A DNA stretch of 64,000 bases from an uncultured Flavobacteriales bacterium (GTDB lineage: Bacteria; Bacteroidota; Bacteroidia; Flavobacteriales; UBA1820), in the NCBI GenBank assembly GCA_902478645.1, contig CABSLV010000007.1:5504-69503 (forward strand), given 5' to 3'. Each line of letters starts with the position of its first letter. The first letter of the stretch is position 1. Under the pieces are notes generated by a model. That model was not told the origin of the DNA. It ran no database searches and was given only the letters and a program-made list of their open reading frames with translations. Shown here one piece after another: positions 8,878-22,334 of the stretch. A program made the translations under genes and the position numbers.

Positions 8878-10443
8878 TCACGCCTCGGGCTGATGCGCAG
8901 GGCGCAACAGGTCGTTTACCGTCTTGACCGGGTTGAAGGTCTCCACAGGCACCTCGACGAAAACGGTCGTCCAGCGGCTCATCGCGCCGTTCCACAGCCC
9001 CGGGCGTTCCAAAGCCTTGATCTCCCGCCCTTCGAGGCTCTTGTGGGAGATAAAGCCCGTCTGCGGATCGACGTAGCGGGACAAGTCGTAGCGACAGCCT
9101 TGACGGTCCTTCAGGGCACAGACCAGATCGACCGGATTGAAATGGGTCGAAGCCTCGAAGATGCGGCGTTTTTCAGGATCGGACAGGTCGATCTGCGCGC
9201 TTTCCACCACCTGCAAGGTCTGTTCGCCACCGGATCCCCGCACCCAGAAGGGGCCTCCCCCCGGTTCGCCTTCGTTGATCACCATCCCGCATACGCGGAT
9301 CGGGCGATCGAGCACCTGGAGCAGGCAGGCTTTTCTCTGGTCGGAAGTGCCGTCGAAATAGGCCGGAGGCAGCTTGTAGCACAGTTTTTCCTGAACAAAA
9401 TCCTCGGCACGGGACAGGTTTTCCTCGGAGGTCTCGAACTCGAAGGCCGAGAGATACTCCTGCACCTGCTGTTGGAGTTCGAGCAGGTATCCGCCCAAAG
9501 CCTGTTTGTAGAGCACCGTAGGCTCTTTCAGATGGTCGGGCACCACGTTGTCGATGTTCTTGATGAAGACTACGTCGGCATCCACCTCGCCCAGGTTTTT
9601 GATCAGGGCACCGTGCCCGCCCGGACGGAAGACCAGCCGTCCCTGTGCGTCGCGCACCGGGCGATTGTCCGCATCGACGGCAATGGTATCGGTCGAGGGA
9701 CTCTGTACGGAAAATTCGGCCTCGACACTTACATGGTGCGTGCGTTCGGCTTCGGGCGAAACGGAACGCAACAAGGCTTCGAAGAGCGGCTGGTGCTCGG
9801 GCGAAACGGTAAAGTGCAGGCGTACTTTCCGCGAAGCGCCCACCGCGTATTCCACCCCTTCGGCCAGATGCTCCTCGGCGGCTTTGCGCACTTTGTGCGG
9901 ATACCGGTGGAAGGAGACCAGTCCTTTGGGCAACTGCCCGTAACCCAGCCCTTCGGTGGTGAGGACCTTGCGTACGATGTCGGCATAGTCCCCCCGGGCC
10001 AGGCGTTTTTCGAGGTCGTCCCCGCCAGCGGCATAGACAGCGGCCAACTCGTCGAAGAATGCAAACCGGCGGATGTTTTCAAAGAACTTGGCCACCCCGG
10101 ACAGCTTGCGCTGCTCGACGAACTGCTCGAACGAAAGCCCGCTGGCGGGGTACTCTTCCAGAAAGACGAAAAGGTCCTTGAACATGCGGGTGGCGGCTCC
10201 GCTGGCCGGAACGAATTTCAATACGTCCAAGCGGGGCGAGCGTTCGGCGTAGAGACTGCGGTAATGCTCGGCTTGAGCGGCATCCATCCGTACGATACCG
10301 TCCCCGACGGTAGCCGGCGCGGTGATGTCCAACGCAGGGAATCCTTGGCGGAAACATTCCACCTGGCGTTCTACCTCCTGGGGAGTGATGCCCTTCTCCT
10401 GCAACTGTTCGAGATCCTGCTCGGTAAGTAAATCCATGTTCAT
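8878..10443 (-). CDS. DUF4301 family protein (possible NDP-sugar pyrophosphorylase-like enzyme)
   Basis: 521 aa; the N-terminus MNMDLLTEQDLEQLQEKGITPQEVERQ... is typical of DUF4301. Blocks VPASGAATRMFK, RPGGHGALIKNL and IKNIDNV resemble UDP-sugar pyrophosphorylase motifs by eye. Confidence 0.8.
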   Translation of the reverse strand: MNMDLLTEQDLEQLQEKGITPQEVERQVECFRQGFPALDITAPATVGDGIVRMDAAQAEHYRSLYAERSPRLDVLKFVPASGAATRMFKDLFVFLEEYPASGLSFEQFVEQRKLSGVAKFFENIRRFAFFDELAAVYAAGGDDLEKRLARGDYADIVRKVLTTEGLGYGQLPKGLVSFHRYPHKVRKAAEEHLAEGVEYAVGASRKVRLHFTVSPEHQPLFEALLRSVSPEAERTHHVSVEAEFSVQSPSTDTIAVDADNRPVRDAQGRLVFRPGGHGALIKNLGEVDADVVFIKNIDNVVPDHLKEPTVLYKQALGGYLLELQQQVQEYLSAFEFETSEENLSRAEDFVQEKLCYKLPPAYFDGTSDQRKACLLQVLDRPIRVCGMVINEGEPGGGPFWVRGSGGEQTLQVVESAQIDLSDPEKRRIFEASTHFNPVDLVCALKDRQGCRYDLSRYVDPQTGFISHKSLEGREIKALERPGLWNGAMSRWTTVFVEVPVETFNPVKTVNDLLRPAHQPEA

Positions 10444-10503
10444 ACGTTTTTTCAGTCGTTTTCTCCCATTACGCGGGGATACGAACTCCCCGCGCGGAAG
10501 GAT

Positions 10504-12330
10504 TTATTTTATTTTCCCTTTTTCCACGCCGCAGATGTGGTCGTAGATGTCGAAGTAGTAACGGATGAGGTTTTTCCAGTCGAATTCCACCGAAAAATCC
10601 TCGGCTCCGCTGCGCAAAAGCAGGCGTTCGCGCGGGATGGAGGTGGCGAAACGCAACATGTAGTTGGCCAGGTCTTCGGCTGCCTGACCGAACGAGTGGT
10701 TCTTGCGGTGGAGGACCTTGATGCCCCGGGATTCGTCGCCCGAGGTAAAATTTTCCACATAATCGCCAAACCCGGCCAGATCCGAGGTAACGGCCGGTAC
10801 GCCGCTGGCTATGCTCTCGCAAGGAGTATAACCCCAGGGTTCGTAATAGCTGGGGAATACGCCCAGGTGGCATCCGCGGACAAACTCGCTGTACTCCATC
10901 CCGAAGAGCGGGTTGTCCGGCGAGATGAACGCCGGATGATATACGATCTTCACCCGGTCTTCCTTTTTGTTCACCAGCCCCGAGGAGCGTAGGAAGTTCA
11001 GGATGTCGTCCTTGTAGTCGTCCACGATATTGTGCGTAACCACCGGCGGAAGGGTATTGGTCTTCCAGGACTGCAGGGTGCGTTTGATCCGGAAACGGAT
11101 CGTCTCGTTCACAAAGTCGTTCATGTCGGGAAGGTCCGTTCCCCGGGCATGGGAGGCCAGGTAGTTGAACAGGTCTTCGCCCATCTGCGCGCCGAGCCCC
11201 TGGGTCGTCTTGCGCAACTCCTCCATCACCCCACGGGCATTGAGCACGTCGGGATTGATGCTGTGCACCGGCCGGTTGGTGATGAAGAACATCACTACCG
11301 TGATGTCCGAACCGATCATCTTGAGTTTGTAATTCAACTGGGCGAGGGCTTCGAGGGTCAAGTCGAAACCTTTGTTCTTGTATTCGTAACGCCCCGAAGT
11401 AAAGAAATACAGAGTGCGGGACAGATCGAAGGAATACGAACCGAAGAAATGCCCGCGGATGAACTGGTGGATCCTGGACTTGAGCTCCTGATGGAGGATC
11501 TCGACCTTGTAGAACGAGGAAAACTTATTGATATTCAGTCCATTTGGCGTAATATGCCCGGGTTTTCTCCCCAGCAGGTATTCGCATTCGGGGTCCATCA
11601 CCCGGCTGACGGTCGAGAAGGCATCGGCCGATCCGGCGGCTGCGCGTTCCAACTGGACCTCGGTGAGAATGTTGAAATACACCGCTTCCTTGTGCCAATC
11701 CACATAGGGCAAACGCGCGTAGTAATCGGGATCGTTGAACGCCAGATAACGCCCCAGCAGGGTGGCATGCGTGGTGAACACCGTCTTGTATGGCATCCTT
11801 TCGCTGCGGATAAAGGGCAAGGGCACCCCGGCCATCCATTCGTGGAACTGGAGCATTACCGGATTGTTGAAGTACGATTTCTTCGCCGCCAATTTCTTGA
11901 AGAACGTATAAACCGCATACCCGAACGAGATCACGTCCGATGCCAAAGGCGAAGCACTGCCCGAATCGACTCCATGATCCTTCCACAGATAGTAGCGGAA
12001 ATCGCCGCTGCGTTCGGCCAATCCGGCGGTATTGAACAGGATGGTCTTGGGTTTTCCGGTGATCAGCCATGTGCCGTAATGCACGTCGAAACCTTCATCC
12101 CACATCTCCCGGATAGTCTGCCCCACTTCGTCGTCCGGCAGGTCGTTGTACTCGAATTCGGCGCGGGCTTTCTCCGAGAAAGGCCCGATGGCATGGTAAT
12201 TGTCCGTAAAGTATTCGGAAACCGACGGCATCTTCGAACGGAGAACCGTGTAGATACCTCCTACCTGATTGCACACCTCCCACGCTATTTCAAACAGCTT
12301 ACGGGAATCCTTGGCCTGTAATTTCTGCAT
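10504..12330 (-). CDS. Glycogen synthase, eukaryote-like GT3 type
   Basis: 608 aa; the N-terminal FEIAWEVCNQVGGIYTVLRSK is almost the same as the animal/yeast glycogen synthase motif FEVAWEVANKVGGIYTVL. Confidence 0.9.
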   Translation of the reverse strand: MQKLQAKDSRKLFEIAWEVCNQVGGIYTVLRSKMPSVSEYFTDNYHAIGPFSEKARAEFEYNDLPDDEVGQTIREMWDEGFDVHYGTWLITGKPKTILFNTAGLAERSGDFRYYLWKDHGVDSGSASPLASDVISFGYAVYTFFKKLAAKKSYFNNPVMLQFHEWMAGVPLPFIRSERMPYKTVFTTHATLLGRYLAFNDPDYYARLPYVDWHKEAVYFNILTEVQLERAAAGSADAFSTVSRVMDPECEYLLGRKPGHITPNGLNINKFSSFYKVEILHQELKSRIHQFIRGHFFGSYSFDLSRTLYFFTSGRYEYKNKGFDLTLEALAQLNYKLKMIGSDITVVMFFITNRPVHSINPDVLNARGVMEELRKTTQGLGAQMGEDLFNYLASHARGTDLPDMNDFVNETIRFRIKRTLQSWKTNTLPPVVTHNIVDDYKDDILNFLRSSGLVNKKEDRVKIVYHPAFISPDNPLFGMEYSEFVRGCHLGVFPSYYEPWGYTPCESIASGVPAVTSDLAGFGDYVENFTSGDESRGIKVLHRKNHSFGQAAEDLANYMLRFATSIPRERLLLRSGAEDFSVEFDWKNLIRYYFDIYDHICGVEKGKIK

Positions 12331-12552
12331 AGTTCGTCGCGTTTTTTAGTAGCACGGGCGCCCCTGCTGCCGGCTCCGGCCGCCCGGAAAATAACAAGAA
12401 ATACCGGCTGGTTAAATATCCGAATTTTTTGCAAACCGTGTACACCCCGGGCAATATTTTTCGGTGATGTCTCTAGCGGATATTGCCTGCAGCGGACGCC
12501 TTTCCTACCCCCCGGGAAGCCCTCCTTTCCTTATATGTGCGAAACAGAGTGC

Positions 12553-12605
12553 ATTCAAAAACGTGCGGGCAAGCGTTCGGCCGGAGGCCGGACGCTTGCC
12601 CGCAC
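12553..12605 (-). terminator. Intrinsic terminator of asnB (end of the gltB-gltD-asnB operon)
   Basis: GTGCGGGCAAGCGT t CGGCC gga GGCCG g ACGCTTGCCCGCAC (14+5 bp stem), followed on the minus strand by GTTTTTGAA; lies 29 nt after the asnB stop. Confidence 0.8.
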
Positions 12606-12633
12606 AATAGAAAAGAGAAAGAGTCGGACGGAC

Positions 12634-14301
12634 TCAATACGCGTTGTCGTGAACCCCCTTCACGGCACGGCCGCTCGGGTCGTTCAGGTTGCGGAACGAT
12701 TCGTCCCAAGCCAAGGCTTCCGCCGTGGAACAAGCCACCGAAGGCACCGAAGGCACGGTCAATGCCGCACTGCCGCTGGGGAAATGCTCCTCGAAAATGC
12801 TGCGGTAGAAGTACTCCTCCTTGTTGCGGGGCGGATTGACCGGAAAACGCCGGGCTGCCGAAGCCATCTGCTGGTCGGAGACCTGCGACGTAGCGATCGC
12901 CTTGAGCGAATCGATCCAGTTGTATCCCACGCCGTCGGAGAACTGCTCCTTCTGCCGCCATACCACCTCGCGGGGCAGCATATCCTCGAAAGCCTCGCGG
13001 AGGATCTTCTTTTCGATCGTCTTTCCGGGAGCCATCTTCGCCGCAGGGTTCAACCGCATGGCCACGTCCAGGAATTCCTTGTCCAGGAAAGGCACGCGCC
13101 CCTCCACGCCCCACGCCGCCAGGCTCTTGTTGGCCCGCAGACAGTCGTAGAGGTACAGCTTGCCGATCTTGCGCACCGTCTCCTCGTGGAAAGCCCGGGC
13201 GTCGGGCGCCTTGTGGAAATACAGATAACCGCCGAACACCTCATCCGCACCCTCGCCGCTGAGCACCATCTTGATCCCCATGCTCTTGATCACGCGGGCC
13301 AGGAGGTACATCGGGGTCGAAGCGCGCACGGTGGTTACGTCGTACGTCTCGATGAAGTAGATCACATCGCGGATCGCATCGAGCCCCTCCTGCACCGTGT
13401 AGTGGATCTCATGATGCACCGTTCCGATGTGTTCGGCCACCTTTCTGGCTGCGGCCAGATCCGGAGCCCCTTTCAGCCCCACGGCAAACGAGTGGAGCTG
13501 CGGCCACCACGCCTCGGTGCGGCCTTCGTTTTCGATACGCTTGGAGGCGTATTTCTTGGCTACCGCCGAAATGATGGACGAGTCCAGTCCCCCCGAAAGC
13601 AGCACTCCGTACGGCACGTCGCTCATCAGTTGCCGGCGGACCGCCTCTTCGAGTGCGTGGCGAAGGCTTGCCACATCGGCCGGGTTGTCCTTCACGTTGT
13701 CGTACTCCATCCAATCGCGGCGATACCAGCGGGTCATTTTCCCTTCCCGGCTCCAATAGTAATGTCCCGGGAGGAAGACTTCGTACTCGTCGGCAAAACC
13801 TTCCAGACCCTTGAGTTCCGAGCAGACCATCACATGCCCTTCGCGGTCGCGGCCGATGTACAGGGGGATCACCCCGATGGGGTCGCGGGCAATGAGGTAT
13901 TCGTCCTTTTCCTTGTCGTAAAGGGCAAAAGCATAGATCCCGTTGAGGTCTTCCAGGAAGTTGATGCCCTTTTCCCGGTAGAGCGCCAGGATCACCTCGC
14001 AGTCCGAGCCGGTCTGGAACTCGTATTTTCCCTTCAACTGCTCGCGCAATTCGCGGTGGTTGTAGATCTCTCCGTTCACGCACAGCACCTGTGCCCCGTC
14101 GGGGCTGATCAGGGGCTGTCCGCCGGAAGCCGGGTCCACGATCGAAAGGCGCTCGTGAGCCAATACGGCCGAACCGCCGCAGTAGATACCGCTCCAATCC
14201 GGTCCGCGATGGCGGATGGTTTTACTCATCTGCAGGGCCTTGCTGCGCATGGATTCCGCTTGCCCTGTCTGAATATTGAAAATGGCTGTAATTCCGCACA
14301 T
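12634..14301 (-). CDS. asnB: Asparagine synthase (glutamine-hydrolysing)
   Basis: 555 aa; N-terminal MCGI nucleophile; PP-loop LLSGGLDSS. Confidence 0.95.
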   Translation of the reverse strand: MCGITAIFNIQTGQAESMRSKALQMSKTIRHRGPDWSGIYCGGSAVLAHERLSIVDPASGGQPLISPDGAQVLCVNGEIYNHRELREQLKGKYEFQTGSDCEVILALYREKGINFLEDLNGIYAFALYDKEKDEYLIARDPIGVIPLYIGRDREGHVMVCSELKGLEGFADEYEVFLPGHYYWSREGKMTRWYRRDWMEYDNVKDNPADVASLRHALEEAVRRQLMSDVPYGVLLSGGLDSSIISAVAKKYASKRIENEGRTEAWWPQLHSFAVGLKGAPDLAAARKVAEHIGTVHHEIHYTVQEGLDAIRDVIYFIETYDVTTVRASTPMYLLARVIKSMGIKMVLSGEGADEVFGGYLYFHKAPDARAFHEETVRKIGKLYLYDCLRANKSLAAWGVEGRVPFLDKEFLDVAMRLNPAAKMAPGKTIEKKILREAFEDMLPREVVWRQKEQFSDGVGYNWIDSLKAIATSQVSDQQMASAARRFPVNPPRNKEEYFYRSIFEEHFPSGSAALTVPSVPSVACSTAEALAWDESFRNLNDPSGRAVKGVHDNAY

Positions 14302-14334
14302 GGTGTTTGAAAGAGTGTTTTGCGTTGCGTATTC

Positions 14335-15768
14335 TTATCGTTCGTGTTGTTTTTTCAGATAACGGTCGATCTCCCGGGCCGCTTTTTGGCCCGAAGCCAT
14401 CGCCCGCACCACCAGCGAAGCGCCGCTGACGGCATCGCCCGCCGCGAACACCTTGTCCGTACCGGTGAAAAGCGAGGCATCCACCGCAATGTTGCCCCGG
14501 GCGTCCGTAGCCAGGGAGAGCTGTGAAACCGGACCGTCCTGACGGGGCGAAACGAAGCCCATGGCCAAAAAGACCAGATCGGCAGGGATCACTTCCGTCT
14601 TTCCCGTTTTTTTCATCTGCGGCCGTCCGCCCTGCGCAGGGGTTTCCCAGACGACCTGTTCGACCTCCACTCCGACGAGTTTTCCTTCTTGCCCGACAAA
14701 ACGGTTGGTAGCCAAACTCCAACGGCGGGTACATCCCTCCTCGTGGCTGCTGGAGGTCTTGAGTACCTGCGGATACATGGGCCAGGGGGTTTGCGGATTG
14801 TAGCCCTGCGGGGGAGCCGGCATGATCTCGATCTGGGTAATGCTCTTGGCACCATGGCGTACAGCCGTCCCCACGCAATCCGAACCGGTATCCCCACCGC
14901 CGATCACCACCACGTGCTTGCCCCGGGCGTCGATCCGTTTCTCGGATGGCAGGTCGATGCCTTGCAGTACCCGGTTCTGCATGCCGAGCAATTCCAAGGC
15001 GAAATGCACACCCGGAAGTTCCCGTCCCGGCACCGGCAGGTCACGCGGCACTTCGGCACCGATGGCCAGGCATACCGCATCGTATTCGTCGATGAGCGCC
15101 TCCATCGGGATATCTTTTCCCACGGCCGCCCCGGTCTTGAACACGATGCCTTCCTGCTCCATCAGGCGGATGCGGCGGTCGATGATCTTCTTGCTCAACT
15201 TGAAGTTCGGTATCCCGAAGCGCAGCAGTCCTCCGGGCAGTTCGTCCTTTTCATACACCGTAACGGTGTATCCCTTGCGGTTCAAGCGGTTGGCAGCCGC
15301 CAGTCCGGCCGGTCCGCTGCCCACCACCGCTACCTTCAGGCCGTTGCGCACCGGCTCGACCGGCTTGACATAGCCCTCGCGGAAAGCTGCCTCGGCAATG
15401 GCCGCTTCGTTTTCGCGGATGGTAACCGGTTCGTCGGCCGAGAGTTTGAGCACGCAGCTCTTCTCGCACAGCGCCGGACAGATGCGTCCGGTGAACTCCG
15501 GAAAATCGCAGGTCTGTTCCAGGATGCGGTAAGCCTCCTCGATACGCCCCCGGTAGAGCAAATCCTGCCATTCGGGCTGACGGTTGCCCACCGGGCAGGC
15601 CCAGTGGCAAAAAGGAACTCCACAGTCCATGCAGCGCGAAGCTTGCGTACGGCGGTCGGAGGTATTGAGGGTCTGTTCGACTTCGCTGTAATCGTGTATG
15701 CGGTCGTGTACCGGACGGTAACCTGCTTCGAGACGGTGCACGGTCAGAAATGCTTTCGGATCTCCCAT
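14335..15768 (-). CDS. gltD: Glutamate synthase small subunit
   Basis: 477 aa; Fe-S Cys cluster region (CMDCGVPFCHWACP) and FAD/NAD Rossmann motif VAVVGSGPAGLAAA. Confidence 0.95.
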   Translation of the reverse strand: MGDPKAFLTVHRLEAGYRPVHDRIHDYSEVEQTLNTSDRRTQASRCMDCGVPFCHWACPVGNRQPEWQDLLYRGRIEEAYRILEQTCDFPEFTGRICPALCEKSCVLKLSADEPVTIRENEAAIAEAAFREGYVKPVEPVRNGLKVAVVGSGPAGLAAANRLNRKGYTVTVYEKDELPGGLLRFGIPNFKLSKKIIDRRIRLMEQEGIVFKTGAAVGKDIPMEALIDEYDAVCLAIGAEVPRDLPVPGRELPGVHFALELLGMQNRVLQGIDLPSEKRIDARGKHVVVIGGGDTGSDCVGTAVRHGAKSITQIEIMPAPPQGYNPQTPWPMYPQVLKTSSSHEEGCTRRWSLATNRFVGQEGKLVGVEVEQVVWETPAQGGRPQMKKTGKTEVIPADLVFLAMGFVSPRQDGPVSQLSLATDARGNIAVDASLFTGTDKVFAAGDAVSGASLVVRAMASGQKAAREIDRYLKKQHER

Positions 15769-15819
15769 ATTTTCGGATGATGTTGTCTAGATTCGTTTTT
15801 CCCTTTTAATTTGTCTGGA

Positions 15820-20355
<4,536 letters not shown>

Positions 20356-20390
20356 ACACTCTGAGATTGATGTTTTTCCCCTCGGGAGGC

Positions 20391-20441
20391 AAAACCCCGA
20401 AAAGAGAAAATGCCTGCCGCAAGTGCGGCAGGCATTTTCTC
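20391..20441 (-). terminator. Strong terminator-like hairpin inside the gltB leader (candidate attenuator)
   Basis: Minus-strand RNA GAGAAAAUGCCUGCCGC acuu GCGGCAGGCAUUUUCUC (perfect 17-bp stem) followed by UUUUCGGGGUUUU; lies 49-73 nt upstream of the gltB start. Confidence 0.6.
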
Positions 20442-20462
20442 CAAATGAACACGAACCACAAC

Positions 20463-20537
20463 TTACGGCCGGGCGTCCGGGACGGACTTCCTGGTGGAAT
20501 TATTGTTGTTCATAATATTCATTGTGGAGGTTTTCAT
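20463..20537 (-). CDS. Candidate leader peptide, 24 aa, Asn-rich (MKTSTMNIMNNNNSTRKSVPDARP)
   Basis: Hand translation of the minus strand: ATG at 20537, TAA at 20465..20463, four consecutive Asn codons AAC AAC AAT AAT. Sits between a -7 box and the terminator hairpin. Confidence 0.4.
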   Translation of the reverse strand: MKTSTMNIMNNNNSTRKSVPDARP

Positions 20538-20560
20538 TTCCTTCGTTGTTGAACCGGCAA

Positions 20561-20568
20561 CAAATGTA
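20561..20568 (-). promoter_or_regulatory. Bacteroidota-type -7 promoter box TACATTTG (TAnnTTTG)
   Basis: The + strand reads CAAATGTA; it lies 24 nt upstream of the leader-ORF ATG. Confidence 0.45.
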
Positions 20569-20800
20569 CGGAAATATTGGAATGCGAGGAAAATTTTTTA
20601 CAAAAAATCGACAACGAATCATTGTTTTGTGTTTTTTAACATAAAAAATTCATCCCTATCCGGCTGATTCCGCCCTATTTTCCCCGCCCGGGAGTATGTT
20701 TTCCGGGAAAAAATCCTCAATTTTGCGGAAGAAAAACAGCGCACACTGCGCGTTTTATACTTACATTGCCAACAAAACAAAGAGCAGAACGAAAAAAACC

Positions 20801-22228
20801 ATGAAACGCACCGAGGTAAAGGACATCCTCGCGGGAGGATACGTAGGAAAGCAGGTAAAGGTAATGGGATGGGCACGGACCTTCCGCAACGACCGGTTTA
20901 TTGCCCTCAATGACGGATCGAACGTTCAAAACCTGCAATGCGTCGTGCCCGAAGGCCTGCTGACCCCTCAGCAGAAGATCTATGCCGGCACGTGCCTGGC
21001 CGTCGAAGGAACGGTAGTCGAGAGCCAGGGAAAAGGCCAGGCGTACGAGGTGCAAGCCACCGGCGTCGAGATCCTCGGCCAGGCCGATCCTGCCGAATAT
21101 CCCCTGCAACCCAAAGCCCATTCGATGGAATTCCTCCGCGAAATCGCCCACCTGCGTGTACGCACCAACCTCTTCGGAGCGGTGATGCGCGTGCGCTCCG
21201 TTACGGCGCAGGCCGTCCACCGGTATTTCGCCTCGAAGGGTTTCTTTTACTTCAATGCCCCCATCATCACCGGCTCGGACTGCGAAGGTGCCGGCGAGAT
21301 GTTCGGCGTATCGGTACTCTCCCACGACAACCCTCCGCGCCGCGAGGACGGCAAGACGGATTTCTCGAAAGACTTCTTCGGGCGGCAGACCAACCTGACG
21401 GTGTCCGGTCAGCTCGAAGCCGAAACCTATGCCCTGGCACTGGGCAAGGTGTACACCTTCGGGCCGACGTTCCGCGCCGAAAACTCCAACACTTCGCGCC
21501 ACCTGGCCGAGTTCTGGATGATCGAACCCGAAGTGGCGTTCCTTGAACTGGAAGAAAACATGGACCTGGCCGAAGACTTCATCAAGAGCGTGATCCGCGA
21601 CGTGATGGAACACTGCAAGGACGACCTGGCCTTCCTCGACGAGCGTTTCCTGAAGACCGAAAGCCAGAAACCCTCGTCCGAACGCTCGGAGATGGGGCTG
21701 CTCGAAAAATTGAACTTCGTACTGCAACACGATTTCCAGCGGGTAAGCTACACCGAGGCCATCGACATCCTGGCTTCGAGCAAACAAGCCAAAAAGAACA
21801 AATTCAAATTCCCCATCACCGGTTGGGGCATGGACCTGCAGAGCGAGCACGAACGCTACCTGGTGGAAAAACACTTCGGTCGTCCGGTCATCCTGTACGA
21901 CTACCCGGCCGAGATCAAGGCTTTCTACATGCGGATGAACCCCGACGGGAAAACCGTCCGCGCCATGGACGTGCTGTTCCCCGGAATCGGCGAGATCGTC
22001 GGCGGAAGCCAGCGTGAGGAGCGTCTGGATGTGCTCACCCAGCGCATGGAAGCCCTCGGCATGAACCAGAAGGAGCTCTGGTGGTACCTCGACACCCGCC
22101 GCTTCGGCACCGCTCCCCACTCGGGATTCGGACTGGGCTTCGAACGCCTGGTACAGTTCGTTACCGGCATGAGCAACATCCGGGATGTCATCCCGTTCCC
22201 GCGCTATCCCCAGAACGCCGAATTCTGA
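20801..22228 (+). CDS. asnS: Asparaginyl-tRNA synthetase
   Basis: ORF 20696..22228 trimmed to [10 protein letters not shown]; class II motif [19 protein letters not shown] and C-terminal GFGLGFERL. Confidence 0.95.
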   Translation: MKRTEVKDILAGGYVGKQVKVMGWARTFRNDRFIALNDGSNVQNLQCVVPEGLLTPQQKIYAGTCLAVEGTVVESQGKGQAYEVQATGVEILGQADPAEYPLQPKAHSMEFLREIAHLRVRTNLFGAVMRVRSVTAQAVHRYFASKGFFYFNAPIITGSDCEGAGEMFGVSVLSHDNPPRREDGKTDFSKDFFGRQTNLTVSGQLEAETYALALGKVYTFGPTFRAENSNTSRHLAEFWMIEPEVAFLELEENMDLAEDFIKSVIRDVMEHCKDDLAFLDERFLKTESQKPSSERSEMGLLEKLNFVLQHDFQRVSYTEAIDILASSKQAKKNKFKFPITGWGMDLQSEHERYLVEKHFGRPVILYDYPAEIKAFYMRMNPDGKTVRAMDVLFPGIGEIVGGSQREERLDVLTQRMEALGMNQKELWWYLDTRRFGTAPHSGFGLGFERLVQFVTGMSNIRDVIPFPRYPQNAEF

Positions 22229-22334
22229 TCGCAGCCCGCAAGAGGGCGGAAAGAAGGGGGAGGGAGAAGGAGCAGGAAGAAAAGAAGGGGCGGAAAGAAA
22301 AACAACCCTTGAACAAGAAAAATACCCGGCAGAT

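Noticed and set aside
7573-10431. 952-aa + strand ORF. Similar long antisense ORFs occur at 44411..46609, 23450..25642, 58364..59998, 49286..51151, 51298..53082, 55517..57382, 41332..42831, 20717..22462, 12535..14310, 33315..34670 and 38003..39277.
   Set aside because: Each overlaps, on the opposite strand, a gene with unambiguous family motifs (dehydrogenase/DUF4301, pnp, rpoN, gltX, nuo genes, argS, asnS, asnB, pgi, cysS). None shows any motif of its own.
20404-20490. Search for an antiterminator helix competing with the gltB-leader terminator.
   Set aside because: By eye there is only a 5-bp CAUUU/AAAUG pairing and a region-1/region-2 pairing, with nothing that clearly sequesters the 17-nt 5' arm. 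The attenuator model is therefore reported as a hypothesis, not a feature.
20619-20876. 85-aa minus-strand ORF in the gltB/asnS intergenic region that overlaps the asnS start.
   Set aside because: It overlaps the asnS start, has a hydrophobic/Cys-rich odd composition, and nothing supports it. The region is better explained as divergent promoters plus the leader.
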